In this document: piece after piece, positions 27,101 through 40,338 of the stretch
How positions within the stretch are numbered: position 1 is the stretch's first letter
Layout of the letters: the number at the start of each line of letters is the position of its first letter
Assembly: GCA_002633005.1 (NCBI GenBank)
Contig: NMRA01000668.1
Coordinates: 153,283-217,282, forward strand
DNA from: Phoronis australis
Lineage: Eukaryota; Animalia; Phoronida
Direction: 5' to 3'
DNA length: 64,000 nt
Position numbers and translations under genes: made by a program
The notes under the pieces: model-generated
Databases searched by the model: none
The model's input: the letters and a program-made list of their open reading frames with translations, nothing else
Told to the model about the DNA's origin: nothing

Positions 27101-29655
27101 CTACCCTAGCATGTGAAGACTGGCTCCGGCAGACTGAGCGGAAGAGACCACCAGTGGTCCAACGGTCAAGACGGCGGTTTCAGCAAACGCTGTGGAGCGT
27201 TCAGAGCACGGCGAGGCACCAAAGAAATCATGGTCATCCACTGCAGCGGGGGTGGCCTCCAGCCGAAACAGTTTTCTGTGCCACTGGATCAAGGTTTCCT
27301 CAGCCGAGAGAGTGGGATTGCACCAGTGCAACGGCTTTACCACTTTAAAAACCATCACGCACAGGTTTGTTGTGTGATTCATCATTTGCCGTGACAGAAA
27401 CCGCAGAAACGGTACTGGGACCGAATCCTTGGGTGCACCAAGACTGGTTTGATGAAAACGATGAAGCCATTTCTACAACCCTTGATGCCAAGAAGAAAGC
27501 CTATGTAGAGTGGCAGAATGATCCATCGTCCGTCTCAAAGAAGGACAGGTTCAAACACTTACAGAGCAAAGCGCAGCTGGAACTGAGGGAAATGCAAGAT
27601 CAGTGGTGGCAGAGAAAGGCTGAAGAAGTTCAAAAACATGCTGACTCCCACAACTCTAAAAAGTTCTTCAGCGCCCTAAAATCAGTGTATGGCCCTTCTA
27701 GAACAGGATGCTCTCCTTTGTTGTCTTCTGACGGATCGAGCCTCATCAAAGACCAGGAAGGACTGAGAGACCGCTGGGATGAACACTTCAGCACTCTGCT
27801 AAACAGACCATCCACAGTTGACCCTTCTGCTCTAGAACAGATCCCGCAGCAACCCATGCTTGAAGAACTGGACTTAACACCGTCCATAGAGGAGATTGAG
27901 AAAGCCATATCCCAGATGAATAGTGACAGAGCCTCAGGAAAGGATGGCGTCCCTGCTGAGATCTATAAGGCAGCAGGTCCAGTCACTATATCAGCCTTCC
28001 ACGACATCCTGAACAGCATCTGGGAGGAAGAGGTCACGCTAGACGACTTCCGCGACGCCTTGATCGGTGCTCTCTATAAAAACAAGGGAAGCAAAGCGGA
28101 CTGTGGAAACTACAGGGGCATCTCATTGCTCTCTATCGCCGGCAAGATCTTCGCTCGCGTCATTCTAAACAGACTTGTCAACGTCTCAGAGCAAAATCTA
28201 CCGGAATCGCAGTGTGGCTAGGACGCAGTGCGGTGGACATGATCTTCGCTCTGAGGCAGGTTCAAGAGAAGTGCATTGAACAGAACATGGCCCTCTACTC
28301 AGTGTTCATAGACCTGACTAAGGCCTTCGACACTGTCAACCGACAGGCGCTGTGGACAGTCCTGAGTCGATATGGCTGCCCCCGAAAGTTTGTTAAGATG
28401 GTGCGACTCTTCCATGATGGCATGTCAGGTCAGGTCCTCGTAAGCGGCGATACTTCAGCCACCTTTGACATCTCAAATGGAGTGAAGAAGGGGTGTGTGC
28501 TCGCGCCTGTTCTGTTCAACCTCTTCTTCACGTGCATGTTGACCCAAGCTGTGCAGGGACTAGAAGAGGGTGTGTACATCAAATATCACCTCGACTGCTC
28601 CCTCTTCGATCTAAGGCACCTTAGTGCCAAGACAAAGTGCCTGGAAAAACTAATCCAGGACGCCCTTTTCGCGGATGATTGTGCGCTCCTTTCCCACAAA
28701 GAGAATGACCTACAACTCATGCTAGACAGCTTCTCGAATGCTTCCAAAGCATTCGGCTTGACCATAAGCCTCGGCAAGACAGAAGTGCTTCTTCAACCTG
28801 CACCCAACACCAATCCCCCTGAGTCAGTCATTACCATCGACAACAATCAACTCCTCAATGTGGAGCACTTCAAATACCTGGGGAGCGTCATCTCAAAAGA
28901 TGGCAGCTTAGACAAAGAGATTGCTTCCAGGATAAACAAGGCGAGCCAAGCACTCGGAAGACTGAGAACACGGGTGCTCAACGAACACAACATCCGCCTG
29001 TCTACTAAACTGAAGGTGTATCCTTCAGTGGTCCTGACCTCCCTGCTCTATGGTTGCGAGTCATGGACCCTCTGCCGCAGGCACATCAAGAAGCTTGAAA
29101 GCTTCCACATGCGTTCTCTTCGCTCCATCCTAGGAATCCTATGGCAGGACCGGATCACCAACCTTGAGGTCCTAGAACGTGCCCAGTCAACCAGCATTGA
29201 AGCGATGCTACTCAAGGCCCAACTGCGATGGGTGGGGCACATCATCAGGATGGAGGACTACAGAATGCCTCGCCAGCTTTTGTATGGCGAGCTGAAGACT
29301 GGGAGAAGGAAGCAAGGACGCCTTCGCCTTCGCTACAAAGACACCGTCAAAGCCAACCTGAAGTGGTGCAACATCAAACCCAAGAAGCTGAAAGCTGTTG
29401 CAGGAGAGAGACGAAAGTGGCGAGCCACGATTCGAAAAGCAACTGCCAGTTTTGAGGATGGCCGCTGTAAGAGACTCGAAGCTGCTCGAGAGAAACGCCA
29501 CTCAGCAGCATCCACCACTGTTTCCACGATGGAGTTCCAATGCCCCACCTGTGCTCGAGTCTGCGCGTCAAGACTGGGACTGCAGAGCCATCTTCGTGTA
29601 CATAGACGATGAGACACACAACCTACATCATCTTCGGACCCGAAGGACTACCAAC
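27101..29655 (+). mobile_element. RTE-clade (BovB-like) non-LTR retrotransposon, endonuclease missing, 12-bp TSD
   Basis: TSD ATCGTCTGAACT at 27089-27100 and 29656-29667; RT-encoding ORFs; 3' hairpin CTTCGGACCCGAAG just before the 3' end. Confidence 0.93.
27367..29612 (+). pseudogene. RTE ORF remnant: linker, reverse transcriptase and C-terminal C2H2 zinc finger, with one frameshift at about 28219
   Basis: HQDWFDEND, NYRGISLLS, ESQCG/GRSAVDMIF (QCGFRxGR broken by a small deletion), FIDLTKAFD, GVKKGCVLAP, LFADD, FKYLGS, CPTCARVCASRLGLQSHLRVH. Confidence 0.93.
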
Positions 29656-30095
29656 ATCGTCTGAACTAATTTAAAATCCGTTTTATAACTAAAAGGAAGA
29701 GTAAGGTGTATCTTTGAATATGAATTCTAATTGCTATATGTAACTACACAGTGTTTTATGCCCAACATGTATGTCAGAGACTGAGTATGAGTTTGTTTAA
29801 AAGGTACATGTTGCAGTGCTTTGAGATTGTAAGTAGATGTTGGCGAATGATTACATCTAGTAATTAATTTATTATATGATAACCACTAATTAGACGAGTG
29901 AAACCAACTACAAATAAGAGTAACTACGCTAGCGGCCTCTTTAAAGATTACTTCAATCAATCGACAATATAATCAAATGTATTATATGCTATCCAAGCTG
30001 TAGGACTGTTTACTTGTTGGATGGCTGTCCTGTTAGTGAATCTTCGAACTACACACACTGTATTGCGACAGTGCACTCGCTGGGTATACTTCTTT

Positions 30096-30238
30096 GTGAC
30101 ACAACACTTGCAGGCAGTATCTTCTACCCACAATTCCTTTTGCTGGCCACAGTCTCTCGTGACGCAACACTTGCAGGAAGTATCTCCTACCTACGTCCTT
30201 CATGACACAACACATACAGGCAGTATCTTACTACCCAC
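30096..30238. repeat. Three degenerate direct repeats of about 35 bp
   Basis: TGAC(A/G)CAACAC(T/A)T(G/A)CAGG(C/A)AGTATCT..TACC starting at 30096, 30159 and 30202. Confidence 0.8.
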
Positions 30239-33200
30239 GATGCAAGTGAAAAGCTCTTAGTTATCTCCCTGTTTGTTAACCCTTGCCCTTGCCAAGATCC
30301 TCTTTAGAATCTTCCACAAGATGAATATGTTGTACAATTTCCTCTGTACACTGTCGGAAGCGTTTTAGATTCAGCCAATATAGCTCATCTGATTATACTC
30401 GTTATTTCAGCCCACATTATAGTATTCGACTTATTTAGCGATTGGCTAATAAAAACCGCATGATCTTATTTAATCATATCGTTGGCTGTTACAATTTGCT
30501 CTCAGAAATTTCTAGAATCTCTAGAATGCTTTGACCCCAGAACCAAAGTTGTAAACCCGATCTAAAAATAGATTTTAGATGTCATCAAATTTGATCCCAT
30601 GATTTAAAAGTACATAATTTATACACGAATTTTGGGCCACTTAAAATGGATCTATTCTTACTAATTACTTAATCTATATTTATTCTGACAATGTAACTAG
30701 CGAACCAATTTACAGCATTTTTTTCTTGATGACGTAGTAATTCTATGTTTGTAGTAATATATTGTTATATTTCAGCCAACTCGTAAAAGGCTTTGGATAC
30801 GTCAGAAAATATAATGAACGGGGGTTTTCATTAAAAGAAGTAGTTTGGCATTTCACATTAAGTTCTAAAGACGCAAGTTTAGTGGATTGTTTATGGCGAA
30901 AACCGTACTAATATTGACGCAGAGGAGAGTGTGAACAGACGTAGAAAATTTTCCTGAAACTTTGGTCGAAAAAATATCAAGGAGACATTTGAGCTTTAAT
31001 TTGGTAAATGTTCACAGAGGTCATGTTATAATTAACAACACAACTTTTACAACTTATAGTTTTTCCAAGAAACGCCGTTTGTAAATGATTTGTTAATGAT
31101 AATGTATAAGCTTTTTGCTAATCGAATACAACATGCTTTTACGAATTTGAGGTTGTTTTTTTCAACGTGTGCCTCAACTTGGGTTTTAAGATGGATAATG
31201 TTTTTCAAATTTAATCTTTATAAGTATACGAAGCCTTTAATTTGCGTTACACAGGTATATTGATGGCTCTTTAGGCATATAAAAGCTCAGAAAGATGCAC
31301 AAGGTATTATTCGTTAATTATACACTGTTCGGTTGGTTTTGGTTAAATATCATGGACAGGATTTTAACTAAAACTTGTTCAGCCAAAACCTAAGCCCAAT
31401 TAATGCTCGTTTAACTTAACTCCAAATTTTTACAAACAGAATCAATATGAATGCTTAGTTTTCTTTTTGGTGGTGCAGCACTATCTAAAATGGCCGCCGT
31501 AGTGAGTGATATCTTCCTCACTATATAATGAGGTTTATCCGGAAACCCTGCTGAATATTAAAAACAGAAAAATAATAAAAAGGCAAACACAAACAAGGCA
31601 AAAATCTACGAAATGTTGCTACTTTGTTGACAACTTTCAACTGATAGTACTCATCCTGTATTCTAAATAATATGAATGCAAAGTACAGACTATCTTTAAC
31701 ACAGAAAATGAGAAACAGTATTGTAAATAGTGAGGAATGATATGATTCAAGTGTCATTGTGTTTTGTAAAAGTAAAAACTACTTTCTTACACTGTTACAT
31801 GAAATTTGACTTCTGAGTTCAACTAATCATGCGAATAGAACTTGGAATGGGACATGCATAAAATGTCAAAAGTATTCAGGGTCTGGTCTTAAATCTATAA
31901 GTTTTATTTTTGTTGTATTGCTTTAATAACAGAGAGAGCCTGATCGGCATGACCTGTGAGTTTAGGTCAGCAATGACGTCATTTGTTTACAACAGGATAT
32001 TAGAGAGCAAACATGAGTGATTAACATAGAACTGTAGTTTGAAATATTCTAGAATGGTTGAGAAAATTCCTGAAAGATCTGGAATGTGTTTGAATAGATG
32101 AAAAGCTCCAAATAACTGTAAAATGTTTAAATAATTAGCCATACAAAATCAGAAATTACTACCAAGTCAATAGAGAGCCAGCAATAGAGACAATAAGTTA
32201 TTGAATCAACAACTGTACATGTAACAGTTGGAGAACGTGACTGAGGAGATCATCAAAAGCCAAGGCTTTGCAGCCATGGCTGGAATATTGAACAGAGTTC
32301 CGCGGAGAACATGCGGACGAGATTACGAACGCAAACCAGTCCTCCATCTATATCGTCCCAAAAGTTATTACACCTTGTCAGTAACAACCTACGGGGTAAA
32401 ACGTTATACTGTCTCTCCTGCCTTCTTTAACTGGCCTTTCACCTTGGCGATTTCCTTGTTTGAAAAACACTGAATTCATAATGCACCATACGAAAACTGC
32501 AGTTAACATGAAATCACGTTTTAGCCTAGAAAACTACGCTGATGATACCTCCCACCACCAATAAGACATATTGTGGCAAAATTGATTGTTTAATTCTTCT
32601 AAAACACTGAATGTGTTAGTATTTTATTGATAAAATCCTACAGGATCCACCACCGATACCATACTAGGTCCATAGGTTGCCAGTGCGGAACTTCGCTTAC
32701 ATGCCAAACATGCATGGTTTCGAATATGCAGCTGTAGGCCAATGGGCCAAAACGCGCTGTAATTCGGTAATAGGAAACTAATTACCAAAATTCTCGAAAA
32801 TAAGCCAAAGAACTCTAAAGAGACAGAAGCAAACGCAAGTAAATGCCAATGTGAGACTCAGCGGTAAAAAGCAGGTATGCCTATATGCGAATTAATGTAC
32901 ATGTAGGGCCAATGCAAAGGACAATGCCGGCTTATGTGCAAATTTAGGACACAACGTTCACGAAGTTATTAACTGTCATCACGTGCAAAAATTCCTAAAC
33001 ACTTTTTTAATACTACGCCGTAGGGATGAAAGTAGCGAAGTTCAATAAAGTAACCATTGGTATAATGTATGCGCAAGTACAAAGGTCACAGAAGGTAAAC
33101 AGAGATAGTGGCAAGTTGAATAATCGGCCTGGTGCGGGGCAACTCTTTCTGGAACTGAAGAGTACGTCGAAAATATGAAGAGATCCTGAAGACGGAAATG

Positions 33201-36200
33201 CTTCAGCATTTTCCAGGACAAGCATTCAGTTCTCCACCGGAAAAGGATTTTACATGGATATCGGTCGAAGCCCGTCCTGGTAAGTTACCAGGGTGTGTAG
33301 CTAAGCACAGGGAACAATCTCGGTAGTCACACTATCTAGGGCGTAATGAACGTAATCCTACAGGTTTCTTGAGTAGATTTCACAGCGTTACAAAAGATCC
33401 CCCGTCGCTTGGTTCCAGCTTAAAGACAGGGCAAATTTTCCAAACCCATATAGGCTGGATTGCACGCTTTAGGGTACCTGACAAACTGTCTAGGCGGTTC
33501 AGCCCAGGTTCTGTTTCTAGTTTGATTCAGTGCTTATAGGGGTAAGGAGATTGGTCTTTTATGTTCACCTAACCTTGTCGCGATCATAACGAGTTGCGAT
33601 ATCTTTCCAGAACCAGAAACAATTTTTCGTATGAATAAGGAAAAAGCTGAGGCCAATCTTTTACAGTAAGCAACCAAAATTAAAAGTTATAACAGTTCAG
33701 TGGTAAGTGCCGGAGAAGTTTCACAGCACAAGCCACATAGCGACAATCACCGCTGGTGATGACCACCACCCGGTGAGAAAGGACACACCACGTTGAAAAC
33801 AATTCCCTCGTCCTCAGATTTGACAAGTATGTGAAGCTGAAAAAATAAGCAACATTACTTTAAGTTGCAGTTTAAACATGAACTCAAAATGAAGAGGGTT
33901 GTTGCTTTCAACAACAATCTTGTTGATGTCAACATTGCTGCAAATTAGCGTGGTTTTCGAAAAAAAGGTGATTCATTTAATGACCATTTCAGTGTGCACA
34001 GTTTTCATCATTAAATGCATCGTGTCATTAATTATACTTGTACTAAGCAAATGTGTTTTATAGCACGTTCTCAGAACTCTAATGTCACTGCAGCCTAAGT
34101 CTTGTTGTTTGTTCCTGGTGCAGCGGTGACGATCCTTTAAACTTATGACAAACCCCAATTCTGAGCAGAACACGGATACCACTAATCAATTACTTCTATA
34201 GGATACACAATTATGGCACAAAAAGCTTTCAAATCAATTAATTTATTTAGTTCCTGCATTAAATGGTCAACACTGACGTCTGGTAATAACTGACATCCAA
34301 GGATGATATGTGGAAAGACTCATTAGGTTCTCCACCTTCAACATGTAAACTAATGGGTTTTGTTCTTAATTTAGCAGGTGATGAAGAGCAGTGACGTATG
34401 TTCAAATTCCAAAAAGGCGTTGTATAATGCAAAAAACAGCAAGCCCATTACATACCAAACCGAGACTTTACATGTACAACCAATAATGTGAAAATACCCA
34501 GTCACATACTGTAAGATACTTAATAACTTGTTCAACCTTTAAAACTATTAATGCTCATACTGTTCTGCCTAAGGCTACATGTACACGACTTTAGATTTGA
34601 GGAGGTCCCATTCATAGTACTTAGTCTTGTACAAACGATAATGACCGCTCACAGGGTCTTGCATTCTGAGATACAGCTGTCTCTAATGAAAAAAACAGGC
34701 ACCAAACTGTCTGCCCTCTTTCCTGCAGGATTTTGTGTGACCTCGCTACGCGCAAGAAACTTTTGGCTATCTCCTCCTGATTGCACTCAGTTTCAGTCAA
34801 AGTGTGATTGATACTGCATGTGCTAGACTCCACAACTCGAGCATCAGTCCATTTTACAATGAGCACTACCAAATTCGACATGATTACTCAAGTCATGATT
34901 GGTTTCTTCAAACTCCATGGGTAATCGCCAGGTTGTTTGGCCAATACAGGGAGCAATTCCGTCATCAAAATCGTCAAGAAACGAATGAATTACCTCGCTA
35001 CGGGAAACTTCTTTTCGTTGAATCAGTACCGGAAACGTTGATGATGGGTGACATTCGTTTGCTTTGATCGAACAGGTTTTAATAAGGAAAATGAAAATAA
35101 AAGAAAAAAGTACATGCGTTAGATGGAAGTCAACATACTAATTAAGTATCAGAGTGCATGCTTTAAAGGTTCTTATGCAGTTTCAAAGCCTTTTCATATG
35201 CACGTTTCATTTTTCATGCTGTAAAGTATAAATGAAACGATCACACCACAGATTGAGCTAGAAAACAATAATTGAACATCAGATACAGGGACGGATCCGG
35301 GATTTTTTTAAAAAGGGGAACACAAGTCAATAATTTAAAATTTGTAGATTTAATAACACTGAAATCAAGGGATCCGCATAAGTGATGCAATGTACATGTA
35401 TGTACAATAGGTTAAGGAATTTCGCCGAGGATATCGTCTCATGGTTTTGAAATTAGATATGAACGTCAGGAGTTTAGTAATAGAACATATAGGGAAATGT
35501 TGGCGTGTATTTTGTCAATGATTAAATGATTTTAAAGAACAACAGGTGCATCACCTTGTAACTTCATGCCTTAGTCAGGCTGAGAGCTAGGCATCACGGA
35601 GACTTGTCCGTGGATCGTGCTCTGGGTACATCATCAGCCCTCTCTTTTTACTTTTCTTTCCATTGAATTTTTTATATTGAGGAACCTAATCTGATTCTAC
35701 ATGCGCCAATGGCGAAAACAGCAGTTAATATGTACACACCTAAAGTCGTGAATATAAGCATAATAAGCAGCTGATTGTCATACAACCCAATGTCCGTTAG
35801 CAACTGCCCATGTGATGTCATGGACATATATCAGCCTTCACAAATATATGTGTTTTAACGATCTTAATCCTTGTTTGTCTGCGTAAGCAGAGTTTTGAAA
35901 CAGTCGCTGATATCGCCAGCCATTTTGAATAAGGCCCTTAAGTTGTGACCGTTTAGTTTAGACGGAAATGCACGAAGTAAGACCACAGAAGTCAACTACA
36001 GTGCTTACAGTTACTTTAGACGACATCAAAATGCACTGCATTGTTTATTAATTTACTTTCAAATGAAATAAATTGTCATATGTTTTTCACCCAACTTTGA
36101 TGTGCACAGACGTTTTCAATGAGTTTTTTCACTTAAAACGCTAAGAACCGAGCATAAGTTATCTCTCTGTATTTTATTGCTTTGGCATTACAAAACTTAA

Positions 36201-36520
36201 TCGACCTTGGGACATTTTGATACATTGTGCAAGCTACCCCTGGAGCGCGTGTTTGAGTAAATCTGAAAGATGAATATTTCCGAAAATATATCCCAAAGTG
36301 CACAAAAAGGTGGATTAGTAAAATATGTTTTTAGGATACATTTGTAAAAAGAAGCCACTCACTCACTGTTTGTTATCACATTGTAAATACCAACACGTGT
36401 GGGGGGAGGGTGTGGGCATTGATTAGTTGTGAAACTATGCTTTCTCTGTCCTCCCAGTTATTGATACTTTCCCATAAATTATCGAAAATCTCTACCTATT
36501 ATTTTTTCGGTCTTCATTTC

Positions 36521-37169
36521 GGTTTGTTCTAAAACTCCTAGACCGCCTCAACTCCAACAGCCCTCGAAACTCTCGACTCACGACCCCTTCGACCCATGAC
36601 CTGTGGCAATAGAGGTATTTTTGCGCTGAGTGACTTTCCTTGAAGACGTGCTGGAACAGAGAGGTGGACGATCATTGGCCTCGCAGATTTTTGTAAAAAT
36701 AAAAACAAAAAGAAAGCACCTTCACGTAAGAAAATCGAAAGCTTTTATGAAAAAGCTCCGAACAACAGCTGAAGTGTTGTCTGAGATAAAACCAGTGTCA
36801 TTCTCAGTTGAACGTTGGCCATTTCAACATGATTCATGCTTCATTTTCGCCGATTTTGTCTCTTTATTCTAATTATACAGTGCTAGATATGGGACTGTAG
36901 TTAAAGGCATTTAATATATTATACCCTTTTGAAAAAAAATCTTGCATGGGCGGCTAACCATACATGTACATGTAAGAGGCAGGTAGGTATACCCCAACTT
37001 ATTCCAGTGCTGCTCAGCCCATGCCTTGATGTAATCAATCCGATTGTAGAGTTGTTACAGCGGTCGAAAGCATTTGACCCGGCTTTGGGACGAGGAGGTT
37101 GTGGGTCGAGGGGGTCGTGGGTCGAGGGGTGTGGGAGTTCGAGAGGTTCGAGGGGTTTTTAGAACTATC
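36521..37169. mobile_element. MITE-like element with subterminal 7-bp CTCGACC/GGTCGAG subrepeats
   Basis: Left GTTCTAAAACTCC...CTCGACTCACGACCCCTTCGACCC is mirrored by right GGGTCGAGGGGGTCGTGGGTCGAG...GGGGTTTTTAGAAC. Confidence 0.55.
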
Positions 37170-38411
37170 ATTTCCTCGCTGAAGCATCACCATGGACTGT
37201 TTTGAAATTTTCATTGAGAGATCTAGTGCAGACGCATTTCTGGAAAATGTGCATGTTGGAGGCATTTTTAGTAAAAGAGGGGAACATATCGTTTTAGCAT
37301 GATTATGGTATGCATGTTCACAAGCTGGATTTTGAGTTTTTGGCCATCTAATTTGCATAAACAAAATGGCAGCAAAACCAACAAGGTAAGAAGCATTCAT
37401 TGGACCCGCAGTACAATTTATCACGAATAATTGGAGAATTGTTGCTACAAAAACCGTAGTGTAAGTGTGATTTGATCACTTAATTTCGAGAACATTTGCT
37501 AATAAAAGTCATAAAATTCCCTAATCGTGCTAATTAGCTTCCTCGATTATACCTCTGTGGGGAACATTTGATTAATCTGTTTAGTGATTTGATAATACAT
37601 TAAATCGCGACATCAACCACCAACTCTTTCAAACGGGGATTCTAATTTCATTCTTTGAGGGTTCGAATAAGTTCAACGTCCTATACAAAAATTCAGCAGA
37701 CGAAAGCAATAAGCTCCTATTCAAAATCGTTCTGGCGGTTAACTCAAAATCAAGCGAATCAATGCGAAACTTTGAAAAAAGGTCGAGCGAAAGCAAACGT
37801 AAACAACTTCACAACAATGGCTTCTACCAGCCCCAGTCACATTGGTAACGTGATCTAATGACGTTTAGTACATGAATAACCAGTACCTTGCATATTCTTG
37901 TTCAGTTATTGAAGAACTGGGAGAACAACTCATGGCTCGATTTCACGCCATCATCAGTCAGCAAACTGTGGCGCTAAGACTCGTAACCATTGCGGCTTGT
38001 CAATTGTTGCCGAGATTTCAGTTGGAATTAGGCTAAAGCAACTGGACAACAATTTACAAATAGATGATTTCCCACCAATTCACAAAATTGCATTAAACTC
38101 GCTCTTTGGAACCTTGGACGTATTACTTTCTTATTAGAAAGTCAACCTGCTCGCTCTTATATTCCCATTTAGGTATGGAGACTTAGGCTTACTAACACAT
38201 TAGCGCTAATGTCTTATTGATATCACATAGTGCATATTAGCTTCCTCAAATTGTATACATGCAAGTCAGGCGTTCAATGCAAAATTCGCCACCAGACCTA
38301 CATGTACGTAGGGATGTAAACCTCAAAACCCAAAAACATTGCGAGATACGCGAAAATGCGTGAAAAGGCCCATTAGTGTATTCTACTGACTGGCCCTTCA
38401 TGTAATTACAC

Positions 38412-38822
38412 CATAGATTATAGCCAACAGATTTTCAATTCTGACATCTTCTTGCGTACATGAAGGATACTAGAGCAGGCGCCACTCTCCTAAATTACCA
38501 ATTTCAGTTTCCGGTCAGTGTATTTTGACGGGAAATTCTCTCACCTATTTTACTGTCCAGTACAACGAAAAAAATCGACATTGAAACGCTATCCAATGTC
38601 TTTCAATGATAGAACTGTTGGTATCATGAGTAATTTACCCAATGCTACTACCCGACCACACAACCGCCGACCATGGTTATCAGACGACGTACGTGCCGGA
38701 CGTAAAACTTGCTAATCCAGCTAGGTGTCAATAGTAAATAATGACGTCAAGGTTCGTGCGTAAGATCACAGATTTCTTTCATTGAAAATACGGAGTTGGC
38801 GGTACATGCACTAAAGTCTATG
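38412..38822. mobile_element. P-element-like MITE with 7-bp TSD ATTACAC
   Basis: ATTACAC|CATAGATTATAG...CTAAAGTCTATG|ATTACAC; the paralogous site at about 46874 has a single ATTACAC. Confidence 0.8.
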
Positions 38823-39227
38823 ATTACACAACCTTGCTATTTGTAAGTGGAAGGTCATGACTTTTTACTCGGAAATCGGGGTAATTTTCGACGTTTTTCA
38901 AGTCAAGGATGAAATTATACAAAACCTTGCTTCAGTGTGCTGATCGATTATGTATATTTTAGAGTGATTACATACTGTACCTGTAGGTGTGGAGAAGATG
39001 GATCGGTCCGATTTCATTGCATTCATCTAAAATAATAAAAGCTAATCTTTTCGTATAAAGTGAGCACAGAAAAAATAATAGTTTAAGGAGTTCTAATGCC
39101 TAAATGTATAATGCGTTACGGACAATAAGATGTACTTAACTACACTATACACTTATGTACCTAGAAAAATATCAGCATAGTGCGCACAAAGCGCCCTCTC
39201 TTGCCATGACACACTGAAGTCCAGTAT

Positions 39228-40338
39228 TTACGCAGGGGATTTAAAAAAACTTTCGTTTAAAGCCTGGAGCAGCTTCTTACTTCCGGTTATGCAAATGATT
39301 GGGTGTACCACACTGCACGTGATAGCAAGTCGGATTATGGTAGCGTAAACCCAATATCTTGAAGAAGCTGTCATCTGTAAGCAGCCAGTGATTACGCAGG
39401 CGATGTCTATGTGCATGACGATATAAAAGGGCGACCACATGAGCAAAAACGTTATGCCCATGAGCAGGAGAAACGATTTAGTTGCTAGTAGTTTGGCAAG
39501 ATGGCAATTCTCTCTTGACTACCAATTGGTATAACTATGGAGCGGGTCTTCAATAGCTGTTGAGCTGGAAGCGAGTTGAAAACAACAACATTGTGCACGG
39601 GTGCTAGAAATATGCATGTAGCCATCGAACCTAGAATCCACTGGTGCGAAGATAGGTGCGAAAACAGAAAGCCTGATAGAACACGGGGCCCACATGGCTA
39701 GCTTCAAAGGTGGGTATCAAAGAAGCTAACAAACAGATTCCCAGTACCCTTGTGGCACATATTGCTGTAATAAATTTCTTAGGAATACTCTTCTTGTAAC
39801 GGTATTCGAATCTTGAGAAACGAATGTAGCGCCGGTCGAAGCTGAGTAACGCTAATGGAATAGCCGGTAGAATTGTTGTCTGTGTTTGAAGAACGAGTAG
39901 GAAGTCGCAGCTGCTAGTTTAAAGAGCCGTCGGCGTACGGAAAAACGGGCGCGGTGTTAAAACAAACAATGGGAATACGATACAGCTGACGAAGAATTGG
40001 CTGGCATTGAGGCAAATGACGAACGTTTTCCTTCTGAGATCAGGTCTAAGTTTCTGCACAATTGGGCCGTTGAGTATGACCGTGATGATAGCCACGAGGA
40101 AAACAATTGCAGTCATAAACTATGAATTTCTTTTTGCCAAGTTAAGGTAGAAAATTTTGGTAATGTTTCTGTCACCACTTTGGCCCTCGCGCACCACCGT
40201 AGTTGCGGCAACCAGTGTTCTTTTCAAGTTCGGTCGAATCAACCTCGCCTCGTTTAAACAGCGGTTACTAAGTCGTGCCGTCGTACTTCTTAGTTTCCTC
40301 ACAATGTTGTACAGAACAAGGAAATCTTCGAAGCTCAT
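39228..40338 (-). pseudogene. Pseudogenised paralog of the orphan GPCR at 47371-48531
   Basis: Fragments align to the intact copy (MSFEDFLVLYN..., LNGP, NASQFFV, SFDRRYIRF, MWSPF, VHPIICITGSKK); in-frame stops at about 40120 and 39919 and at least two frameshifts near 39640 and 39510. Confidence 0.92.

Noticed and set aside
27101-27390. 5' inversion (twin priming) of the RTE element
   Set aside because: Minus-strand frames show no endonuclease motifs; the segment is better explained as a sense-strand 5' UTR.
30096-30238. CRISPR-like repeat-spacer pattern
   Set aside because: Only three degenerate repeats, very unequal spacers, no cas genes, and a eukaryotic context.
29739-32510. One or two solo LTRs (TG..CA ends, TTCTAGAA-rich interiors)
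   Set aside because: No matching TSD or PBS was found and the boundaries could not be fixed.
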